From: Burkholderiaceae bacterium
Lineage (GTDB): Bacteria > Pseudomonadota > Gammaproteobacteria > Burkholderiales > Burkholderiaceae_F
Assembly (NCBI GenBank): GCA_035429805.1
Contig: DAOMFL010000003.1
Location: forward strand, 7,677-71,676
Direction of reading: 5' to 3'
DNA: 64,000 nt
Positions within the stretch are counted from its first letter, which is position 1. The number at the start of each line of letters is the position of its first letter. Positions 57,190 through 64,000 of this stretch are shown one piece after another. The notes below the pieces were generated by a model that made no database searches, was not told where the DNA came from, and saw only the letters and a list, made by a program, of their open reading frames with translations. The position numbers and the translations under genes were made by a program.

Positions 57190-57921
57190 ATGGCCGTCCC
57201 CGAACCACGCCCCGAACTCGGTACGCATCAGGTCGAACTCGACCCCACCGTCGATCCGCTGAGCCGCTTTGGCTCACGCGTTCGCGCGCTGGTGTGGCCG
57301 ACGCGCACGCTGGTGGGGGCCGAACGCTGGTTCGACGAGCTCTACGTCTGGACCGCCGATTTCGAGCCGGACCGCTCGCTGCGCGCGCAGATCCAGCTGG
57401 CCGCGCTGGAACACGCCTTCATCATGCTCGAGCACGAGCGCGTCGAGCGCGTCGCCGTCACGATTTCTTTCGGTTCGGTCGAACGCTCGCTCGAGGCATT
57501 GGTGCGCGCTCTCGACTCTCATCGCCTGACTGCGCACCGGCTGTCTGTACTGCTGCGCGGCGCGATGGAACGGATGCGCTGGCCGTACCGCGTGCGCGAG
57601 TTCATCGATCTGCTGCGCAGCTACCAGGTGCCGGTCGGATACCGCTTCGCGGAACCGCGCGCCAGCATGGAAATGAGCGCGATCGACTTCGTCGCGCCCG
57701 ACTTCGCCAAGATGCTGGCCCCGATCTCCGTGCGCGAAGAGACCTGGTTCGAGATGTCTCGCGAAGTGAACGCCCTCGGCCTCACGCGTGAGACCTTCGT
57801 GCTGGCTGGCATCGAGCGCGAAGAACAACTCAGGCTCGCCAAGCAGACCGGCTTCGTGCTGGGCCAGGGCCGGGCGCTGAAGAAGCCCTACTTTCCGCCA
57901 CGGGTGATGCGGCCGCGCTGA
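57190..57921 (+). CDS. Degenerate EAL-like domain protein, paralogue of 56411..57115
   Basis: 243 aa from ATG 57190 (AGGAG RBS; TTG 57124 alternative). Roughly half of positions are identical to the upstream gene, with the same degenerate motifs (DELYVW, VTISFG, VGYR, FAKM, AGIE, QG). Confidence 0.55.
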   Translation: MAVPEPRPELGTHQVELDPTVDPLSRFGSRVRALVWPTRTLVGAERWFDELYVWTADFEPDRSLRAQIQLAALEHAFIMLEHERVERVAVTISFGSVERSLEALVRALDSHRLTAHRLSVLLRGAMERMRWPYRVREFIDLLRSYQVPVGYRFAEPRASMEMSAIDFVAPDFAKMLAPISVREETWFEMSREVNALGLTRETFVLAGIEREEQLRLAKQTGFVLGQGRALKKPYFPPRVMRPR

Positions 57922-58160
57922 CACAGGCTGTCGGTCCTGCAAAGATAGCCGCCAACTGCCGGCACTTCGCCGGCCAATTCGTTTCATCCTCGCCGGGCTG
58001 CGCGGAATTACCGAAGCCGAAGCGCTCATTTCGGCCCTTCCGAATACCGCATACCCGGTAGTGTGCCTTCCTGCACGCGTTGCACTCACTCGATCGGCGA
58101 AGTCCGGCGGGCGTGCGCGATCAATTGACTTAATCGGGACGCCCCGACCAAAGGAAGGCA

Positions 58161-58724
58161 ATGAAACTGACTCGCTTCACACTTGCTGTCGTAGCAGCCG
58201 CGGCGACCGCTGTTCCGCTGGCGGCACACGCGGCGTCCAGTTCTCAAACGGGCGCAGGCTCGATCAACACAACGGTAAATCTCAATTTCAGCGTCACGAT
58301 TCCGCGTTACATCTTCCTGCGGGTCGGAAGCGCAGCCAGCCTCGATACGCTGACTTATGCGCCCACGGTAGCGCAGATGCTGGCATCGACCCCTGTTCAG
58401 GCGACCGGTGGCGACACCGGTGGCGGCTCCGACGTCACTTACCAGGTCTTCGGCAACGCCGGCAACATGACGCTCGCGGCATCGAACCTGACGCAACTCA
58501 CGTCGGGGGGCAACAACATCCCGAGTTCGACCCTGTCAGTCACGACACAGGCGGGCAGCGTGACGGCTCCCGCATTCAATGGCAGCACGGCGCTGACAGC
58601 GAGCGCGGCCGGCATTGTCAATCAGACGGGCTCCTGGCGCTACGTGTGGACCAACCCGGCGGCGACGGTGTATGCCGCCGGTACTTACACGGGAACGGTC
58701 ACCTACACGCTGTCTGCGCCGTAA
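58161..58724 (+). CDS. Secreted pilin-like subunit 1 (candidate major subunit)
   Basis: 187 aa, AGGAAGG RBS, signal peptide ...LAAHA|AS. Alternating N-terminal strand TVNLNFSVTI; C-terminus GSWRYVWTNPAATVYAAGTYTGTVTYTLSAP. Thr/Ser/Gly/Ala-rich with no Cys. Confidence 0.6.
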   Translation: MKLTRFTLAVVAAAATAVPLAAHAASSSQTGAGSINTTVNLNFSVTIPRYIFLRVGSAASLDTLTYAPTVAQMLASTPVQATGGDTGGGSDVTYQVFGNAGNMTLAASNLTQLTSGGNNIPSSTLSVTTQAGSVTAPAFNGSTALTASAAGIVNQTGSWRYVWTNPAATVYAAGTYTGTVTYTLSAP

Positions 58725-58777
58725 ACGGCCAACGCGCCAGGCGCTCTTTGCGGCGGCCGCTGCCGCAGGAAATTCGG

Positions 58778-58808
58778 GCATCGGCCGGCGTGATCCGCCG
58801 GCCGATGC
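58778..58808 (+). promoter_or_regulatory. 13-bp perfect stem-loop after subunit gene 1 (possible attenuator or mRNA-stability element)
   Basis: GCATCGGCCGGCG-TGATC-CGCCGGCCGATGC followed by ATTT. Located in the 120-nt gap between subunit genes 1 and 2. Confidence 0.5.
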
Positions 58809-58844
58809 ATTTGCAGACCCAGGAAGACTTTCGCCAGCATCGTC

Positions 58845-59417
58845 ATGCCAAACCGCTTCGCATCACGTGTCCTCGCGATCGCAGCATTGCTGCTCGCGGG
58901 TCCGTGCGCGCACGCGGCGTCCAATACCGCAAGTGCCGCTTCGGGCACGCTGTCGACGTCGGTCAACCTGCAGTTCAGCATCACGATCCCACGCTTCGTT
59001 TTCCTTAGAGTGGGTGCAGCGGCATCGGTCAACACGCTGACCTACGCGCCGACGGCCGCACAGATGGCGTCAGGCACCGGAGTGCTCGCGACGGGAGGTG
59101 ACACAGGGGCCGGCAACTCCGATGTCACGGTGCAGGTCACCGGAAACACCGGGAACGTGACACTGACCGCCGTGACCGGCAACCCGAACCTCGTGAGCGG
59201 CGGCAACACCATGCCCTGGTCGACCCTGACGGCGACCAGCCCGACCGGTTCGATCACGGCACCGCCTTTCAACGCAGGCAGCACCGTCCTCACCGCCGTG
59301 GGCGGTGTCGTCAACCAGACCGGCTCCTGGCGCTACACGTGGACCAACCCGCCGAGCACCGTCTACGCGGCCGGAACCTATTCCGGCACGGTGACCTACA
59401 CTGCCGCCGCGCCTTAG
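58845..59417 (+). CDS. Secreted pilin-like subunit 2 (paralogue)
   Basis: 190 aa, signal peptide ...PCAHA|AS. SVNLQFSITI strand; C-terminus GSWRYTWTNPPSTVYAAGTYSGTVTYTAAAP. More than half of positions match subunit 1 by eye. Confidence 0.6.
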   Translation: MPNRFASRVLAIAALLLAGPCAHAASNTASAASGTLSTSVNLQFSITIPRFVFLRVGAAASVNTLTYAPTAAQMASGTGVLATGGDTGAGNSDVTVQVTGNTGNVTLTAVTGNPNLVSGGNTMPWSTLTATSPTGSITAPPFNAGSTVLTAVGGVVNQTGSWRYTWTNPPSTVYAAGTYSGTVTYTAAAP

Positions 59418-59427
59418 GCCGCGACTC

Positions 59428-60099
59428 ATGGTGAATCCGGTGGGGACCGAATTCAAGCGACGACTTCTGCTCGTATACGCGGCGGCAGCTTGTGCAGCGG
59501 CGCTTGTCCTCGTTCCCCCTCCCGCGGAGGCCTACACGGTCAACATCACCGCCGGGTCCCGCACCTTGTACTTGCAGGTCGGCGTTGGCACGTTCACAGG
59601 CACTCTCCAGGGCGGCGGCACTCCCGGCGTGAACGCGACGGTCAACGTCGTGTCAGTGAATGTTCCCGCGGCGCAGGTCGGCACCGGCGCGGCACAGGCG
59701 ATGACGACCAACAGCACGGCAGCCAACAGTTTCTGGGACAACTTCGCCTTTTGCAACCCGCCTGCGCAACTCTACGTCGGGGGTTTCTATCGCGTGCCGA
59801 GCGGCGCTGGTGCCGGCGCCGGTGCGACGCTCACCGCCAACGTTCCAGCGACTCTCAGCAACGGCAGTGGCGGCACCATTCCCTTTTCGCAGATCTCCTG
59901 GACCAGTTCCGGCAACAGCGACAGCGGTGCGCAGCCGTTCCCGGCAGGAACGTTCGTTGGAGGTTCGCTTCAGACGATCGGTACGATCGCCCGTAATCAG
60001 TGGGCGGAAAGCTGTCTGACGTTCTCATACGCCAATACGGCCGTGGTCCCTGCCGGCACGTATACGGGAACCGTGGTCTACACGCTTTCCGCACCGTGA
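59428..60099 (+). CDS. Secreted pilin-like subunit 3 (larger, divergent paralogue with two Cys)
   Basis: 223 aa, signal peptide ...PPAEA|YT. YTVNITAG/TLYLQVGVG strands, GAGAGAGA stretch, Cys in FAFCNPP and AESCLTF. C-terminus PAGTYTGTVVYTLSAP. Confidence 0.55.
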   Translation: MVNPVGTEFKRRLLLVYAAAACAAALVLVPPPAEAYTVNITAGSRTLYLQVGVGTFTGTLQGGGTPGVNATVNVVSVNVPAAQVGTGAAQAMTTNSTAANSFWDNFAFCNPPAQLYVGGFYRVPSGAGAGAGATLTANVPATLSNGSGGTIPFSQISWTSSGNSDSGAQPFPAGTFVGGSLQTIGTIARNQWAESCLTFSYANTAVVPAGTYTGTVVYTLSAP

Positions 60100-60551
60100 T
60101 GATGCGACTCGCCTTGCTGGCCTGTGCCGCCCTGACGTCGTTCGCGGCTGAGGCGGCGACCTATCGGGTCGAGGAGGCAGGGACGTTTCCACAGGAATCG
60201 ACCGCCCCGATGCGGTGGCGCCAGATTGCGCCGTCACGGGGCGGCGACAACACGGTCGAAGGCACGACGACTGTGAACGTGCGGCTCAATCTGGCCCCGT
60301 GGCAGAACCGGGTGGGACGGCTGTTCATGGTGCTGCCTGAACAACCCCTCACGCCGGTGCGCGTCAGCTGGTCGACCCAGGGTCGATTGCTTTCAGGACA
60401 GCTGGTTTCCGGGCACCGGGCGCTGGTGTATGCCGGCCCGATCACGATGCCTCTGCTGGAGGAAACGCTGGTGCTGAAGTTCGAGGCCGATGGCACCCGG
60501 CTCAACAGCGCGCAGCGGCTCCAGTTTCACTTTGAGATTGATATCGACTGA
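60099..60551 (+). CDS. Secreted 150-aa protein of unknown function in the fibre cluster
   Basis: ATG 60099 overlaps the preceding TGA (TGATG). Signal peptide ...FAAEA|AT. Beta-rich, TTTVNVRLNL strand. No shared C-terminal pilin motif. Confidence 0.5.
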   Translation: MMRLALLACAALTSFAAEAATYRVEEAGTFPQESTAPMRWRQIAPSRGGDNTVEGTTTVNVRLNLAPWQNRVGRLFMVLPEQPLTPVRVSWSTQGRLLSGQLVSGHRALVYAGPITMPLLEETLVLKFEADGTRLNSAQRLQFHFEIDID

Positions 60552-60552
60552 C

Positions 60553-61359
60553 ATGCAGGCTTCGATCATTCGCATCGTGGTGCGGGCAGCGGCCGCCATC
60601 GTCATCGGGGGCATTTCCTGCGGCGCGGCTGCGCAGGGCTTCGCGGCGCTGGTGGCGCCGCCCCGATTCGAATTGCACGCCCGACCGGGCGAGCGGTTGC
60701 GCGACGTGATCGAGATAACGAACGGCGCGAAGCAGCCTGCCCGCTATCGCTTTCGCACCGCCGACTGGACGCTGGGAGCCGACGGGCAGATCGTCGTCAT
60801 CGATCAACTGGCTCCGAACAGCTGCCGGCCCTGGGTCGCTATCGAGCGCAGCAGCGCCGAGGTGCCGCCCGGCGGCCGTCTGCGCTATCGGTTCGAGATC
60901 ACGACTCCCGCCGACGCACCCCCTGCCGAGTGCCGTTTCGCCGTGCTGATTGAGGGCGACGAACCGGCGATTGCGGGCGGCGACAATTTCAAACTGCCGG
61001 TGATGGGGCGCATCGCCATCGTCGTCTACGTCACTGTGGGAGACGCCGCGCCGCAGATTGAGATCGAGCGCTCTGGCGTGGTGACCTTCAACGGCCAGCG
61101 CACTCCCATCATCCAGGTCCGCAATACCGGAACCGCGCACGGTCGCCTGAGCGGCTTCCTGACCGGCGTTGACGCGCAGGGTCGACGCTGGGACATTTCT
61201 CCGTCGTCGCTGCCGATCCTGCCCGGCGAGTCACGCGCCATCGCGCTGTCGGCTGCCAACGACCGGAATGAGCCGGTACCGGTGCCCCTGCCAATCACCA
61301 TCCGCGGCACGCTGGAATGGACAGGGGGACGCCTGCCGTTCGAGCACCGCTTCGACTGA
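60553..61359 (+). CDS. PapD-like two-domain periplasmic chaperone candidate
   Basis: 268 aa, starts 1 nt after the previous stop. Signal peptide ...GAAAQG. Domain 1: LVAPPRFELHARPGERLRDVIEITN...ECRFAVLIEG. Domain 2: GRIAIVVYVTVG...IIQVRNTGTAHGRLSG...LPGESRAIAL. Confidence 0.5.
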   Translation: MQASIIRIVVRAAAAIVIGGISCGAAAQGFAALVAPPRFELHARPGERLRDVIEITNGAKQPARYRFRTADWTLGADGQIVVIDQLAPNSCRPWVAIERSSAEVPPGGRLRYRFEITTPADAPPAECRFAVLIEGDEPAIAGGDNFKLPVMGRIAIVVYVTVGDAAPQIEIERSGVVTFNGQRTPIIQVRNTGTAHGRLSGFLTGVDAQGRRWDISPSSLPILPGESRAIALSAANDRNEPVPVPLPITIRGTLEWTGGRLPFEHRFD

Positions 61360-61364
61360 TTTCA

Positions 61365-63317
61365 ATGCGGGCCTCCGCGGTAACGCTGCTGCTTGCAGCC
61401 ATCGCCGGGCTGTGCCCGATGACCGCACGCTCCCAGGACAAGGCGCAGGCGACGGAGGACTTGGCGCCGTCCTATCAGGATCGCCTGATCGATGACGGCA
61501 GACTCGCGATCGACCTCTGGGATGACTACGCACCGCTAAATAACACCGACGGTTTGCCACGCGGACTGAGACTCGATGGTCTCTGGTCGCAGACCCGCCG
61601 TAACGGAATCAGCACAACGCAGTCCGGACTCGGCATCGGCGCCTTCCTTGCGACGCCGCAGTACGGTTCGTTCAGCTTCGAGGGCCTGCTCACGAACGGC
61701 GAAGACACATCGATCGCCACGCTGTGGCAACGCGACATGCCTTTCGATGGCGGGTGGCGTGCCAGCAACGGCCTCGGCATGCTGAATTCGCCCGCGATCG
61801 ACCTCGTGCGGTTTCAGCCGCGCATTTTCCTCGCCACGACCCCGATGCTGGGCGCCGTCACCGACTGGCGTGGACCGCAGTCGACGCAAGTAGTCGGCGG
61901 CTTCGGCGAACCGGGCACCTACCAAGGTGCCTACATTCCACAGTTTCGCCGCCTAGGCGGTCAGCTTTCCAACCTCGGCGCGCAGCGGGCTGTGGATCCC
62001 AACTGGAGCATTGGATTCCAGTACGCCGGCGCCAACGACGTCACGAGTGGATTCCAGTTGCTGCCGAGTGCAACGCCGTTTAGCACGCGCTCGCTGTACC
62101 TGGGAACATCTCGCCAGGACGCGACAAGCCGGTTCCAGTTCAACGCGATCGAAAGCCAGAACAGTGTCACTGAGTCACGACACGGCGCCTGGTTCGACGG
62201 ATACCAGCAGAGCGGACGCCTGGCGCAGTCGTTCGGGCTGTTCTACCTCGATCCCACTCTGGCCTGGGGCAACCAGCCGGTGGCGAACGACATGCGCGGC
62301 GGCTACTACCGCCTCTTTTTCGCCAGCATGCGCTGGCAGTGGGATGCCGGCGCCGACTACGTCGCGCCCTTGCGCAACGAGTCGGGGTCCGCAACAACCT
62401 TTCTCAACGGCAGCCTGCGCCACCAGTTGCTGAGTGACGTCAGCGCCGGGGTTGGCGCCAATGTCCGACTGGCCGACTCCACGGCGTGGCAGGGGTTCGC
62501 CTACATCGAGCGGGTCGATCGGCTGATGACTGGGCGCGTGCAGCTGAACCAGGCAGAAGACGGCGCCCGCCGCGAATCGCTGGTCACATTCAACCAGACC
62601 TGGAGCATGCCGGTGGGCTCACGGCTGAACACGACGGTCGGTGCGGGTCGCTATCACGGCGACCAGGTTGCCCCCTCGAACCAGCTGATGCTCGCCGCTT
62701 ACGGAGGCGGCGACATCGCCCGCAACCTGGCGCTCGATCTGAACGTGCAATGGACCCGCTGGTACGACGTCACAGCTGAGCCGACGAGCACTACCGGCAG
62801 CCTTGTAATGACGTGGAGCATCCTGCCGCAACTGCGGCTCATCGCGACCGCCTACCGCAGCCAGGCGACAGCACGGCAGCCGCTCACTGTCACGTCACCG
62901 CTCAATCCGACGATTCCTCTGACAAACACAAGCCTCAACGACACCGGCGCATTCCTGGTCCTGCGGTTCGAGTCCCGCGCGGGCAGCCTTGGAGGTCCGC
63001 TCGGCGGCCCGCCGGGCGCCGGCGCCGGCCGCGTCCTCGGTAAGGTGTTCCTCGACACCAACGACAGCGGCCGACTCGAGGCCGGGGAACAGGGAGCGGC
63101 CAACGTGACCGTGGTTCTCGATGGCCGCTACACGACGCGCACTGACGGAGAAGGCCGCTTCGAGTTTCCGGCCGTCGCATCCGGCCGGCATCAGATCACG
63201 GTCGTGCCCGACAATCTTCCGCTGCCCTGGGTGCTGGCCAATGACGGGCGCTTCGAAGTCGACGTCCCGGTTCGTGACTCGGTGAGCGTCGACATCCCGG
63301 CTCGACGCATGCGCTGA
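61365..63317 (+). CDS. Large outer-membrane beta-barrel with Gly/Pro linker and a C-terminal Cna-B/carboxypeptidase-regulatory-like beta-sandwich domain
   Basis: 650 aa from ATG 61365. Signal peptide, 20 or more amphipathic strands ending in aromatic residues, ...GAFLVLRF, linker GSLGGPLGGPPGAGAG, then GKVFLDTNDSGRLEAGEQGAANVTVVLDGRYTTRTDGEGRFEFPAVASGRHQITV. Confidence 0.6.
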   Translation: MRASAVTLLLAAIAGLCPMTARSQDKAQATEDLAPSYQDRLIDDGRLAIDLWDDYAPLNNTDGLPRGLRLDGLWSQTRRNGISTTQSGLGIGAFLATPQYGSFSFEGLLTNGEDTSIATLWQRDMPFDGGWRASNGLGMLNSPAIDLVRFQPRIFLATTPMLGAVTDWRGPQSTQVVGGFGEPGTYQGAYIPQFRRLGGQLSNLGAQRAVDPNWSIGFQYAGANDVTSGFQLLPSATPFSTRSLYLGTSRQDATSRFQFNAIESQNSVTESRHGAWFDGYQQSGRLAQSFGLFYLDPTLAWGNQPVANDMRGGYYRLFFASMRWQWDAGADYVAPLRNESGSATTFLNGSLRHQLLSDVSAGVGANVRLADSTAWQGFAYIERVDRLMTGRVQLNQAEDGARRESLVTFNQTWSMPVGSRLNTTVGAGRYHGDQVAPSNQLMLAAYGGGDIARNLALDLNVQWTRWYDVTAEPTSTTGSLVMTWSILPQLRLIATAYRSQATARQPLTVTSPLNPTIPLTNTSLNDTGAFLVLRFESRAGSLGGPLGGPPGAGAGRVLGKVFLDTNDSGRLEAGEQGAANVTVVLDGRYTTRTDGEGRFEFPAVASGRHQITVVPDNLPLPWVLANDGRFEVDVPVRDSVSVDIPARRMR

Positions 63318-63323
63318 GCCAGG

Positions 63324-64000
63324 TCATGCCGCCCACGGTCGCGCGGCGGCGTGCACAGCCCGCAGGTGCCTTTCGATCTCCCGGGTGTCGACACCCTGGC
63401 GGACCGCGATGCGCTCGCGCGCCAGGGCACTCAGCCCGGGCGCGTTGGTCAGCTGTTCAAGGAGCCCGGCCGCCACCGACAGGTCATTGAGCTCGCCCTG
63501 GAGGTCCTGCAGGCGCGCCAGCGCCTCGACATATCGTTGCGTCGCTTCCCGAGGCAGTGCGACCGAGCACACATCGAGTGCGTAGCGCAGCCGCTTGGCG
63601 AGGATGCGCAGCCGGTGCCGTTCTTCGGAAGACAGCGTCGCGAAGTCCTCAGCGCCGGCAAACAGCCGCCTGTGCGCTCTGGCCAGTGCGCGCGCGGCAA
63701 GCTTCCGCAGCGTGCGGCCCGCGGGCGGCGGCGTCATCATCCATGCCTGCAATCGCAGCGCGAGCCGCGCGTAGCGAGCCGTTGCCAGTGCCGCGAGCAC
63801 CCGGGACCGCGCGGCTTCGCGCTGCACCGCGGCCTGCCGGAGCATCTGCTTCGTGTCGCCATCGAGCGCGGGCGGCGTGCCGGAGAGCAGCATCGGCAGC
63901 GTCTGCGTCAGCAGCACATCGGCGTCGCGCGCGGCACCGAGCAGCCGCGCGGCCCAGCGGAGTTCGGCGGCGAGCGTCTTCGGAAAGTCGCGGTGCCTGC
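63324..64000 (-). CDS. CHAD-domain protein, C-terminal part (5' end beyond the window)
   Basis: The frame stays open to the window edge (...RHRDFPKTLAAELRWAARLLGAARDADVLLTQ...). CHAD-like repeats HRLRILAKRLRYALD. The listed M at 63917 is an internal GTG. Confidence 0.7.
   Translation of the reverse strand, partial: RHRDFPKTLAAELRWAARLLGAARDADVLLTQTLPMLLSGTPPALDGDTKQMLRQAAVQREAARSRVLAALATARYARLALRLQAWMMTPPPAGRTLRKLAARALARAHRRLFAGAEDFATLSSEERHRLRILAKRLRYALDVCSVALPREATQRYVEALARLQDLQGELNDLSVAAGLLEQLTNAPGLSALARERIAVRQGVDTREIERHLRAVHAAARPWAA

Noticed and set aside
57958-57974. GGCAC-N-GC spacing resembling a sigma54 -24/-12 promoter upstream of the fibre cluster
   Set aside because: It lacks the TGGCAC/TTGC context and is simply the GCCGGC-ACTTC-GCCGGC hairpin following the second EAL-like gene. 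It is more likely a weak terminator.
56411-63317. The EAL-like plus fibre cluster as a horizontally acquired island
   Set aside because: There is no integrase, transposase, flanking tRNA or direct repeats, and base composition and codon bias look like the rest of the window.

Overview
High-GC window (about two-thirds G+C by eye). The gene content looks like the chromosome of a motile betaproteobacterium; Rhodocyclales- or Burkholderiales-like is only a guess. I call about 64 protein-coding genes. I saw no rRNA, tRNA, CRISPR array, transposase or integrase. Left end (0.2-4.7 kb): the flagellar master operon flhDC sits among two YcgR-type PilZ genes, a FliT-like gene and a CheY-like receiver. 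Middle: ordinary metabolism. This includes an aldo-keto reductase, a TPP enzyme, pyrC, an mdeR/mdeA/mdeB-like methionine gamma-lyase cluster, glycerate kinase coupled to a fused membrane/spermidine-synthase-like protein, and cardiolipin synthase. It also includes an AapJQMP-type amino-acid ABC transporter, an Atm1-type exporter, a long minus-strand beta-oxidation supercluster under a TetR regulator, LysR/DoxX/GST/YgiD genes, an orphan PdeM, a Pat-type acetyltransferase, DksA/TraR and mtnA. Right end (56.4-63.3 kb) is the most unusual part. Two tandem degenerate EAL-like proteins are followed by a six-gene secreted cluster: three paralogous pilin-like subunits, a small secreted protein, a PapD-like chaperone and an atypical 650-aa outer-membrane barrel with a C-terminal beta-sandwich domain. 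It resembles a chaperone-usher fimbrial operon, but I cannot match it by eye to any classical one. A structured MITE/REP-like palindromic repeat family occurs at 2.8-3.2 kb and 30.4 kb. Many long ORFs in the supplied track are GC-driven shadow frames and were rejected. All family assignments come from reading motifs by eye; no database search was possible.
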